Below are positions 17,095 to 26,700 of a stretch of 64,000 bases of DNA, in pieces. The notes beneath the pieces were generated by a model. That model had not been told where the DNA came from and ran no database searches. It saw nothing but the letters and a program-made list of their open reading frames with translations. The stretch's first letter is position 1; each line of letters starts with the position of its first letter. The stretch covers positions 1-64,000 of IMG/VR virus record IMGVR_UViG_3300024262_006558. One strand, 5' to 3'. A program made the position numbers and the translations under genes.

Positions 17095-17682
17095 TTATAA
17101 AATGCATGAAAGTAATAAGTCCTTATTGCAAGATTTCATGTGGTAATCTCTTACAACATGATCAACGTCATATTTCCAAGTATGTAGAGATTGTCTCAAT
17201 ATATAATACTGAACTCTCTCTACTGTTTTATCACCTACCATCCCAAGCTCTTTCGAGATCTTCTTGAAGGTTTTTAAATCATAATTGAAATCTCTATCTC
17301 CAACTATACAGTTGTCTAGAGACGTCTTGTTCTCTTTGATGAATTCATACACTTCATCACTAATTTTATTGTTGTCATGCAACAATTTCATACTAGAGGA
17401 AAATTTACTCCTAGTATCTTTGTGTAAATTTGACACTGCAACTCTCGCTGCAAGCGCTTCTATTTGCTTATTCTCGTCAATATTTTCTTCTAAAACCTGA
17501 AGCAATATATCATCGATTTTTCTTGTGGTAATATTTTCATAACATTTGCCTAAAACTTTTCCTGATATCATCTGAATGATCTCATCCTCTATATCAAGTC
17601 CTGGTGTCATTTTCTCAATTCTTTTAGAGATTTTCCCTAAATTTATACTCTCTTTTTTACCACTCTTTTTTACCACAAACAT
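17095..17682 (-). CDS. Stand-alone ATP-cone/NrdA N-terminal-domain paralogue
   Basis: Aligns by eye to the first ~210 aa of the adjacent NrdA (VVKKSGKKE, LAARVAVSNLHK, RDFNYD, ERVQY); has no catalytic barrel. Confidence 0.85.
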   Translation of the reverse strand: MFVVKKSGKKESINLGKISKRIEKMTPGLDIEDEIIQMISGKVLGKCYENITTRKIDDILLQVLEENIDENKQIEALAARVAVSNLHKDTRSKFSSSMKLLHDNNKISDEVYEFIKENKTSLDNCIVGDRDFNYDLKTFKKISKELGMVGDKTVERVQYYILRQSLHTWKYDVDHVVRDYHMKSCNKDLLLSCIL

Positions 17683-17823
17683 GCTAGAAAACCTTTAAAT
17701 TTACCTATTTACCACTTTTTTGAGACAAAGATTCCCTAGAGCAATTTTTGATCGCCCTTAAATTCGTTTAAAATTTAATCAGGGAGTGTTTACAGCGAAG
17801 TTATATTTTTCTTCTGTTTTTGA

Positions 17824-17831
17824 CAAATATA
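17824..17831 (-). promoter_or_regulatory. -7 element TATATTTG upstream of ATP-cone/nrdA
   Basis: TAnnTTTG match in the intergenic region. Confidence 0.5.
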
Positions 17832-17903
17832 TTTCTATTTTTTTTGCCTTTTAATCGCTGCTTTGTATAATAATAAATAACAATAAATTTACAATATTCG
17901 GAC

Positions 17904-19334
17904 TTAACTAATCCTGTTTTTATTAGCATAAGCTTCCATTTCTTTCATCACGTCAACATTGCCTGGATTTTGATCTGAAATCGTTGGTGTAACTCCTGGG
18001 ATTGGTGGAAAATTTTGTGTATTTTTTTTCGGGAAACTAATGTAAACTCGACTTGTGTCGAATTCAACATCCTCCAAAAAGAAACCATCTGCTCCAAGTC
18101 TACTTTTTATAACACCTACTATAGCCTCATTTTTGCTCTTCTGTTCTTCCGTTCTAGCAACGGAAATAAGAAGGTCTAACTCCGCAGCTTTAGCATATGA
18201 ATCAGCAATAGAGTCGATGCCTATTTTCTCTTCTTTAGCCCCGCCTCTATTTGTTTGAGTAGCTGTCCAAACAGGTACTTCAAACTCTTCAGCTAAACCC
18301 CTTACTTGTCGATACAACTTCTGCAGCATATGTCTATGTTCTAAACCATGCTCTGTTGGTTCCATTATATCTACATAATCAATGAAAATAACATCTGGAA
18401 CAAAGTTCTCATTTCTTTTAATGGTTGCCAAGTGAGCTTTAAGAGTGTTTACTGTTGCTACTCCAGATTTATATTTTTTAATCTTAAGAACTCCGCCTCT
18501 CTCTTTTATTTCTTTAGCAGTCTGTATAATCTTAGGTTTCTGATATAATACCTCATTAAGCAATACGTTATTTAATGCGGCATGAAATCTCTTACTTACA
18601 TCCTTGTGACTTAATTCTAGAGTATAATATAAAACTTTTCTACCTGCAGCGAAAGCGTTTGCAGCCATAGCGACAAGCATCATTGACTTACCTCCGCCAG
18701 TGGGAGCCATGACAACAGCCATCTCTCCAGAGGAAACTCCGCCACCTATCTTTTCATCAAGGCCAGGCATGCACGCAACTGGCTTACGGAAATCCTCTTT
18801 TAACGTTTCCTCAATATCATCAACATAATCATGCCCTGTGTCTTTTGGTTCACCAGCTCTTAATGCCTCCACTATAGGTTCTTGAATGCTGTCAAAATCA
18901 TTTTTAGCCCATGAAGCGACAGATTTCTTAATCGCTAAAGCTAATGATCTCTTCTTAAAAAATTCATAAGCTGTATCATGTATCGCTTCTACTGATTTTA
19001 CCTCTATTTTCTGCACCTTCTCAGTTACCCCGTGAAGATATTCAGCAACACTAAATTTCTCGGTTTTATTTATTATACTTTGAATATCGCTATAACCTGG
19101 CCTAACTCCGTATTGATTTATAAACTTAATGATATGGTTTACATATATCCTTTGGTATTCATCAAAATATTCAGGGACTATAATATCCATAAGTTGCTCA
19201 TAGAACTTATTGTCCTCCAAGAAACATTTTATGAACTTTGTCTGGTACTCTGGGTCAAAAACGGCTTTTATTCTCGTTTCATCTTCCGTCAGCACCGAAT
19301 TAAGATCTAATTCTTCATTTTTTTCTTCTCCCAT
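17904..19334 (-). CDS. DnaB-like (T4 gp41-type) replicative helicase
   Basis: Walker A APTGGGKS, YYTLE, Walker B IFIDYVD, WTATQTNR, IKSRLG. Confidence 0.92.
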   Translation of the reverse strand: MGEEKNEELDLNSVLTEDETRIKAVFDPEYQTKFIKCFLEDNKFYEQLMDIIVPEYFDEYQRIYVNHIIKFINQYGVRPGYSDIQSIINKTEKFSVAEYLHGVTEKVQKIEVKSVEAIHDTAYEFFKKRSLALAIKKSVASWAKNDFDSIQEPIVEALRAGEPKDTGHDYVDDIEETLKEDFRKPVACMPGLDEKIGGGVSSGEMAVVMAPTGGGKSMMLVAMAANAFAAGRKVLYYTLELSHKDVSKRFHAALNNVLLNEVLYQKPKIIQTAKEIKERGGVLKIKKYKSGVATVNTLKAHLATIKRNENFVPDVIFIDYVDIMEPTEHGLEHRHMLQKLYRQVRGLAEEFEVPVWTATQTNRGGAKEEKIGIDSIADSYAKAAELDLLISVARTEEQKSKNEAIVGVIKSRLGADGFFLEDVEFDTSRVYISFPKKNTQNFPPIPGVTPTISDQNPGNVDVMKEMEAYANKNRIS

Positions 19335-19349
19335 TTTATTTATTCTTTA

Positions 19350-19357
19350 CAAATGTA
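19350..19357 (-). promoter_or_regulatory. -7 element TACATTTG upstream of helicase
   Basis: TAnnTTTG match 15 nt upstream of start. Confidence 0.55.
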
Positions 19358-19375
19358 TCGTTTTTTAATTAAACG

Positions 19376-20419
19376 TTACTTATTTGATTCTTTTGTATAC
19401 TCCGCTTCTTGAGACTTTAGCCTGTAGAAAGGGGAAAGAAAATTATCCACGTTAATCCTCTCAGCTTCCATCATATTTAGGAATCCTTGTTTTTTCATGC
19501 CCAAAACAGCGCGACTAATACTTCTATCATCATCTATTGGCTCATTTAACATTTGAGTAACATCATTTATTGCTATTTTAGAAATAAATGGCTTTTTCAA
19601 ATTCATAAGTTTAGCATTTCTATACAAAACCTCTTCAGCCTCAATTATCTTGTCTAAAGTTTTAGACTTTTTGTATTTCTTCTCCTTTTTTAGCTCAAGG
19701 CACTCATGCTTTATTTCTTTATAAGTGTATTTTCTGTCAATTATATCTGGAAAGAATTTTATTAGAGTATTTCTAGTAACCCCTTTCACTCCAGCAATAT
19801 TATCTGATGTATCACCCTCGAAACACTTAAACATTAACTCATTTTCTAGAGTATGACCCATTTTTTGCTTAAAGTTATCTTTAGTAATCAATCCAATACT
19901 GTCAGGATTCATAACGGATACTAATTCAGAAATAAGTTGATAATAGTCTTTGTCTCTGCTAAAAATTATGATCTCTTCCTCTAGACCCAACTCTTCACTC
20001 ATTATACAGTACTGAGCTATTAAATCATCTCCCTCAATATAATCAGCTTCAATCTGTCTTATGTACAAGTCTTCTATTATGTTCTTAGCTCTAATTTTTT
20101 GCATTAAAACCTCGTACCGCTCTTTGCTTTCAGGGTCATTCATCCCCTCTTCTATAATTGCGCACTCTTCAATGTCCCAATCCTTCTTACGATTTGCTTT
20201 ATAAGGTTTATATAGTTCGTATCTCAGCTTTCCAGACTTTATTCCATCCCAGCAACATACGACCCTGTTAGGCAGTACTTTGCGAACAGCAGTAGAAAGG
20301 CTTATTAAAAATCCATACGTCCCACTACACCTCTCTCCATACGCGTCTAGCGCTGTTGACCTGTGGTGATTACGCTTAAGGTTCCAATTACCATCTATTA
20401 GGAAAGTTTTTCTTGGCAT
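19376..20419 (-). CDS. 5'-3' exonuclease / T4 RNase H-like flap nuclease
   Basis: Likely start MPRKTFLIDG at 20419; CWDG, YKANR, IEGDDLIA, SRDKDYYQL, GDTSDNIAGVKG. Confidence 0.9.
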   Translation of the reverse strand: MPRKTFLIDGNWNLKRNHHRSTALDAYGERCSGTYGFLISLSTAVRKVLPNRVVCCWDGIKSGKLRYELYKPYKANRKKDWDIEECAIIEEGMNDPESKERYEVLMQKIRAKNIIEDLYIRQIEADYIEGDDLIAQYCIMSEELGLEEEIIIFSRDKDYYQLISELVSVMNPDSIGLITKDNFKQKMGHTLENELMFKCFEGDTSDNIAGVKGVTRNTLIKFFPDIIDRKYTYKEIKHECLELKKEKKYKKSKTLDKIIEAEEVLYRNAKLMNLKKPFISKIAINDVTQMLNEPIDDDRSISRAVLGMKKQGFLNMMEAERINVDNFLSPFYRLKSQEAEYTKESNK

Positions 20420-20440
20420 AACTATTTTTCTTCTTAACAA

Positions 20441-20448
20441 CAAATATA
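20441..20448 (-). promoter_or_regulatory. -7 element TATATTTG
   Basis: 21 nt upstream of ATG 20419. Confidence 0.55.
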
Positions 20449-20482
20449 TAGTATTGAGTTTAAAAAAGCACTTAAAAGGGGG

Positions 20483-20512
20483 AAAAAAAAACCTCCCATA
20501 AGGAGGTTTTTT
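20483..20512. terminator. Intrinsic terminator after recA
   Basis: A9-CCTCC-CATAA-GGAGG-T6. Confidence 0.8.
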
Positions 20513-20546
20513 ATATTCACACAACAATAAAATGTATTACATCTTA

Positions 20547-21596
20547 TTAACTGTCTTCCGTATTAAATTCTATTACAGCTTCCAGGTCTCCTACTTCAAC
20601 TTGCCATTCTTTCTTGTATTGATCCTTGTACTTGTTGATTTCAGTAGGTAATATGAAACCATGAGCAGCGCAAATAATTTTACCCTTAAGAGCTAATTCT
20701 GAAATGTGATTCTTCTCTACTGCAAGATCACTCTCGATAGCAAATACAACCGTTTTCTTTTGATGTGTAGCTTTATGTTTTCTAGCTCCAGACTTAATAC
20801 CTCCCATTCTTAAAACTAATGAAGAACAGTAATAAATTCCTTCTCCACCGTTTGGAACCAGCTTAGGTTGACCCATTGGGCTATCTGGAGGAGATGTATA
20901 CCCCTGATTTAACATCAATAAAGTGTTTTTGTAAGGATAATCGGCTTTTCTAGTGTTTGTAATCTTGTGAGAAAGATATCTACCAACCTGTTCCTTTAGG
21001 ACTCTAGACGCTAGCATCATTCCACCACCAGATTCACCTTTTTCTGCTTTTTCCCACTCAGCTCTTGCTGGCGTCCCACCAACAGAATCCCATAAGAATA
21101 CAAGATCAAAATCTAATTCACCCTCTTCCTGCTCCTTAATATGAGCTTTCATAATATCAATACAATCCTCAAGGCATTCAACCTCATCATGCATGATTAC
21201 AAAGTCTTCAGAAAACCCCATTGTCTCAGCTCTTTCCCAAGACCATTTCTTTTCAGTGATGATCAATACAGGTAATTTACCTTGAGCTTGAGCCGCAGCT
21301 GCAGCTTTAATTAAAATACTTGTCTTACCAACATCCGACTTACCATACACCATTGTAACATGACTTTCAGGAATCCCAGGTAAACCCGTAATCTCTTGGA
21401 AAGCATCACCTAAACTTAACCAAGTTTGAGGCTTGGTATCATTCTTAACATAGTTAATCTTCTTTTTGTAATCATCAAGTTTGCTAACTCTTTTAGACAC
21501 TTTAACTTCGTCCTTTTTTCCAATAACTTCTCCAGTAGCAGTGTCTACTTTGTAGTCACCCACTTCTTTGACTGTTTCGTTTTTCTTTTTCGCCAT
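20547..21596 (-). CDS. recA: RecA/UvsX-like recombinase
   Basis: Walker A YGKSDVGKTS, Walker B FLWDSVG, PNGGEGIYYCSS, VEKNH. Confidence 0.88.
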   Translation of the reverse strand: MAKKKNETVKEVGDYKVDTATGEVIGKKDEVKVSKRVSKLDDYKKKINYVKNDTKPQTWLSLGDAFQEITGLPGIPESHVTMVYGKSDVGKTSILIKAAAAAQAQGKLPVLIITEKKWSWERAETMGFSEDFVIMHDEVECLEDCIDIMKAHIKEQEEGELDFDLVFLWDSVGGTPARAEWEKAEKGESGGGMMLASRVLKEQVGRYLSHKITNTRKADYPYKNTLLMLNQGYTSPPDSPMGQPKLVPNGGEGIYYCSSLVLRMGGIKSGARKHKATHQKKTVVFAIESDLAVEKNHISELALKGKIICAAHGFILPTEINKYKDQYKKEWQVEVGDLEAVIEFNTEDS

Positions 21597-21618
21597 TTCC
21601 TTCTTTTTAAACGTTTAA

Positions 21619-21957
21619 TTAATTTTTAGACTCGTACACTTTCCAATCGAGCTCTTTCTTTCCAGGTTCTGTTGCAGAATCTCTTAATCGAGGATAGAAG
21701 ATATCCTTAGCTTTCTTTTGTTGGCCAAAATTTAATGTAGCCTTACAACCACCGCATCTAACATAAACGTATTCAAACTGCTCTTCTCCCGCAATGTGAG
21801 AATCAAGTTTTAGGTTGTCGCTCCCACAACATCCACATTTATAGATTGAATCGAATGATATTTTTTTGGAGTCCTGAACCATTTCGAAAAGGTTATCTCC
21901 TTCGGAAACAAACGTATGAGTTTCTTTTCCGATCTTTCTCTTAAAATAATATTTCAT
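21619..21957 (-). CDS. Zinc-ribbon hypothetical protein
   Basis: CGCCGS...CGGC. Confidence 0.7.
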   Translation of the reverse strand: MKYYFKRKIGKETHTFVSEGDNLFEMVQDSKKISFDSIYKCGCCGSDNLKLDSHIAGEEQFEYVYVRCGGCKATLNFGQQKKAKDIFYPRLRDSATEPGKKELDWKVYESKN

Positions 21958-22038
21958 TTTTTGTAATAATTATAAGTTTGATTATCGTCGCATAAAAAAT
22001 ATAGTCATAGCGAACTCAAAAATCAAGCTTATATGGAA

Positions 22039-23697
22039 TTATTTATCTGAATAAATGAAGAATTTCTTCTCACCTAAATCAGCATAATTAACCCCAATCC
22101 TATAGCCAAGAGCAAAGGATGCATTCCTTAGCTTTGAAAGGGTTTTTAGAATTTCCTCTATAAGTTTTTGTTCAGTAGGATGAACATCAAAAATTAAAGA
22201 GTCATGTATTTGAAATAAAAATTTACTCTTTTTTGTTTTAAGCAATTCTCTAATTTCAAACAATTTATCCGTCATTATTTCAGCGGCTGTAGATTGAATC
22301 AGATTATTAAATGCTGCGTAGTCTTTTTCTGGATATATAATAGAGCCTTTATGTGTTTTTATCTTTTGAGAAAGCTTTACTTCCTTTATTAGCTTTTCAG
22401 AAAATTCAATAATAGGCTTTAACATCTGCTTCGCATAATACAACCCTAGCTCTGGATCAGCCATATGGCTAGATAGCATGTCTACCAACCTTTTATGAGA
22501 AGCTCCATATAACATAGTATGACTTAAGCCTTTAGCTGTGCTACGCTCGCCATTAGTTATAATTTCTTTCTGAAATATCTCTTTACCTAATTCGTAATGA
22601 ATATCTTTATTGTTAAAGTCTTCTATAAACTTCTTATCTCTACTAAGGTGCATAGAGATTCTAGTTTCAAAAGAAGTGTAATCACACACAAATATACGAC
22701 CACCTCTAAACCTACTAATAATACTAGCTCTTATAGGACTGTCTTTTGGAAGATTTTGTATATTGAATTTATCCTTAGATACAATACGGCCAGTGATAGT
22801 TCTCTTATTTGAATAATTGAACTTGGCAAACTTTCTATTATCTCTAGTTTGGAAGTCAATAGAATCATGCTCGAAAGTATTATGGAAACAAACATCCTGA
22901 TTTGATATCCAAGTTGTTATACGATCCTTCTCCTGCATTCTTTTGAGAAACACCTTCTGCTCTTCGTTTAAGTCTAGATCAGCTATTAGGCTCAAAAAGA
23001 ACGGTACGTACTTATGGTAATCCATTCCAGGGACTACATTAAAGTAAGTCTTCTCGTCAAGCTCTGCCCCATTCTTTATCCAGAACACATTTTCAACGGT
23101 AACTAAATCCAATGCTTCAATATCAATAACTGGGTCTATATTGAGATAAGAAAAAGGTAATAAATCATACTTTCCCAGAATACGTGTCAACTCGCCCTTA
23201 AAGTCCTCCATGTAGTACTTTAAACTTTCAATATTAACAATGAAGTCTTTATCCATGTTTCGGAGATATAATGCTCCACCATGATAATAAATGTAAATAG
23301 GATGTAATGGGGCTATATTCTTCTCTAGAAACCCTTCTAAATCTCCCTCTATGAACGCGTCATATTCGATATGATCAGATGGGAGCCATTCCATAACGGA
23401 CTTAGTAACAAAGTCTTTAATATCATCAAAGAATTCGTTTTTGTTTTCCGTATGAGTGTGTGTCCAGCAAACTTTATTGTTTACTTCTTTATCAAGTATG
23501 TTATGTTTCGGAAAATATTCTTTAAGATTTGGCCATCCAACTATTTGTATAGGAGTATCGTCCACTTCACACGGAATACTCGTGGGAAGTGTTGCTGAGA
23601 TATGTACAGGGAATTTCTTTAAATACTCCTTTAATACCTCGAAACTCTCTTTTTCTGGAGAATAAATCTCACAAACTCTAAAACTAGTTGTCGCCAT
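22039..23697 (-). CDS. Family A DNA polymerase-like protein (compact)
   Basis: TITGRI, NIQNLPK, motif A CDYTSFETR, motif B RSTAKGLSHTMLYG, NNLIQSTAAE, motif C QIHDSLIF. Confidence 0.88.
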   Translation of the reverse strand: MATTSFRVCEIYSPEKESFEVLKEYLKKFPVHISATLPTSIPCEVDDTPIQIVGWPNLKEYFPKHNILDKEVNNKVCWTHTHTENKNEFFDDIKDFVTKSVMEWLPSDHIEYDAFIEGDLEGFLEKNIAPLHPIYIYYHGGALYLRNMDKDFIVNIESLKYYMEDFKGELTRILGKYDLLPFSYLNIDPVIDIEALDLVTVENVFWIKNGAELDEKTYFNVVPGMDYHKYVPFFLSLIADLDLNEEQKVFLKRMQEKDRITTWISNQDVCFHNTFEHDSIDFQTRDNRKFAKFNYSNKRTITGRIVSKDKFNIQNLPKDSPIRASIISRFRGGRIFVCDYTSFETRISMHLSRDKKFIEDFNNKDIHYELGKEIFQKEIITNGERSTAKGLSHTMLYGASHKRLVDMLSSHMADPELGLYYAKQMLKPIIEFSEKLIKEVKLSQKIKTHKGSIIYPEKDYAAFNNLIQSTAAEIMTDKLFEIRELLKTKKSKFLFQIHDSLIFDVHPTEQKLIEEILKTLSKLRNASFALGYRIGVNYADLGEKKFFIYSDK

Positions 23698-23704
23698 TGA
23701 ATGG

Positions 23705-23712
23705 CAAATATA
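23705..23712 (-). promoter_or_regulatory. -7 element TATATTTG
   Basis: 7 nt upstream of the polymerase A-like ATG (very short leader). Confidence 0.55.
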
Positions 23713-23718
23713 ATAGTT

Positions 23719-26700
23719 TTATTTGAAATAACCACCATACCTTTTAATAATAGAGACATCCTTTTGCTTATTCCAAGGAGAACTGTACCTAGTAGGTAAT
23801 CTGTTAGGTTTTATTTTTTTACCATTATATTCCCAATGCCAAAACTCATCTATAGACCCAGCATCATCATGAAGCTTGGGCGGGTTATGCCACCCAAACT
23901 TCCAAGCGTTTTTATGGAACCACTGATAATTGGGGTGTTTATATCCAACTGGTCTGTCTGCGTATGATTTCCCTGTCTTGGTCTTTACTCCCCAAAACAT
24001 ATCTACCGCTAGCCCCAATCCATGCACTGATGTACCTGGAGAGGCTGCGTATTTACCATATTTCTTTTTAAGCGCAGTTTGTCTTACGAGACTTCTGTAC
24101 CCGTCAGTAAATATTATATTCTGCTTCCCTATAAATGTGGCCTTGTTAAATGCTGATATCATGCTGTCAAAAGACTTAGCAGCCGCATTAACCAAATAAG
24201 GCTTATCTCCACTAAGATTCTTTGCAAGTATTTCTGATCTTGTAAGTTGATCTTCAGGTATGTTGCCATTCCTCACCGTCTTCATAGTCGTCTTTGCTTC
24301 ACTAGGAGCATTGTTATCAAGAGTTAATATTCTTTCAGCATCATCATTATAATAACTGTTAATGTTAGTCTGTTCCCCTGGAGTGGTTCCAGCTTGAGGT
24401 TCAAACACCTTAATGCCTCTTAATGTGTTAATTGTAATAGGTTTAACTCCACCATAATTCTCTGAAGTTTGAACTATTTTTATCCCTTCGTAGCTAGTGC
24501 TAAAATCATTTGACCTAATAGTGTGCTTCACCTTCATTATCTGATACAACCCTCCAAACAAAGGAGTTTTGTTAATGAAAAAGTATTGCATAGGATATAT
24601 TTGAGCATTCCCAAGAGTCTCTACCCTAGCTTTATAAGACCTTCCTTCTAGCACGGAAAGCATGGAGCAATTAGTTGTTACAGTTTTATTCTGATTTTCA
24701 TTATCTACCAATCTCTGAAGATTAACAATACTCTCCGCTGTAGCTTTATTTTCATCAGTCCCTACGCTTACTGATTTTATAATCTGATTATCTGGGCTTC
24801 CAAACTCTACAAGCAAAGCAGGTACGTTTATATTTTCTGGATCAGGCACACTGTTTTGAAGCGCGTTTTTTCCATTTGAAAATACCCTTCTTTCTGGTGT
24901 TGGAGCAAATAATACGTGAAAATAGTTTCTAACCGTTATTTTGGCTTGCTCAGGATTCGGTTTATATATATCTTTTATATCTCTATAATTAGCGTTTCCA
25001 GGAATAGGTATAAATATAAAATTGTTCTTAGTACATATCTGCTGAATAACATTTAAAACCGTTGTGTTGGCTTTAATTTTATAAAGCGGGTCAATACTTA
25101 TAATAGACTTACTTACTTCAACTTGAGCGTTGTTTAATGCATTTAAAGGGAAATCATACCTAAACGTACCATTTGGAGGAGAAGATTGCGCTCCCTGATT
25201 CTCACTAGCATCAATTATAGGCTGTGCTTCTTCAAGTTCAGCTTCAGAAGGGTCACTACTCAACACATCTTGAGGACTAAGAACATCTTCTCTATTACTT
25301 AACATTTTTTCTAACCTATCAGCTAATCCATTGCCATCTATAACTGGAGTGCAAAGAGGGGATGACCCATCCATTTCCTCTTGATCCTCAAATGCTAAAG
25401 CGTTCCATTGGCTAAACAAAAGATGAAACTGTTTATAAATGACGTCTTTTTGCTCTTCAGCCTTACCTAGTATATTTCCAATGATCTGCTTTTGCTCCTC
25501 TTCTATCCTATTAAGTTTTTGCAAAAGATTTCTACAAAATATTTTCAAAAACACTCTCTGATTTCTACCTGAATTAAAACTATCGGTAGAAGAGCTCGGT
25601 AGAGCGCCTGATTCACTTATGGAATCTCTTATAAAAGGTCCAAAAACAAGGGTTCTTGCGCTATCTGAGTTCACATCATTGGTGTGTTGATAAACAGTAT
25701 AAGCTAACCCTTCAGCAGAAATCTCAGTTTCATTATCTGTAGGATTTTGAACTATTTTCTTTTTCCAAAGGAGATCTTCTTCATTTATTTGAAAAATATC
25801 AAATGAACCACTAGCTCCTGCCGCCCCATTGTTTAGTATATCAAAATTTGACAGGTTTGTCACCCTTGATTGATCGTCTTCTGATAGGTTTCCAAATAGA
25901 ATAAATCCTGTATTGTCATCAGTTCTATAGTTATCTTTCTCCGACTCAGTTAACTCCCTTGATGTTACTATGTTCTGTCCTCCACCTGCAGTTGTTATGG
26001 TAATTGGAAATCTAGTATCTTTGTCAAAATATATACCAGTTGTTAAAATATCGTTTTGTAATTGAGCATTGCTTGAAATCCCTAAGTCATCTTCATTGTC
26101 CTTTAAAGAAGTGTATGAAAAAACTTGATTCTTATCTACGTACTCATTGAATGTTGTTATTCTACCAGCTTCCTCATTGTCAGAACCGCTAGAAAAATAC
26201 TGTTCAACACTAGTAACTCCATAAATAGTTTCAGCTAATCCAGCATCAAAAAACTTTCTCTCATCAGGATCTTTATTTGAAAACTGTAAATCTGTAGGAG
26301 AGTTTTTCTTATCCCTAGCAGAGATAGCGTCAGCTCCTTCGAAAACCATTAAATAATACGTGTTATTCACAGTTCCATTAATATAAGGGACGCTATTATT
26401 CCTCATCCTATTTAAAACATAAGCGTCACCCGCCCATCCAGCCTTATCTATAAGGTCTCCATTATTAAGCTTTAATAAACTTCTACATACTGAATCTAAA
26501 AATTCCTTAACGGTTTTAGATCTGCTCAAATCTGCTCCAAGAGCAAATGGGTCTATTGCATCATCAGGATTTAGAAACACTCTGAAATTTAAAATATCAT
26601 CACTAAGAGCGCTTCCTGGCTTATCATGCATTAATATAGGGTTACCAGAGCTATTTAACGCCTCTGGCTGTTCATCCTCCGTTTCTGGGTTCTGATTTCT

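Noticed and set aside
17683-17903. NrdR boxes upstream of the ATP-cone/nrdA unit
   Set aside because: No convincing tandem match to the NrdR-box palindrome was seen.
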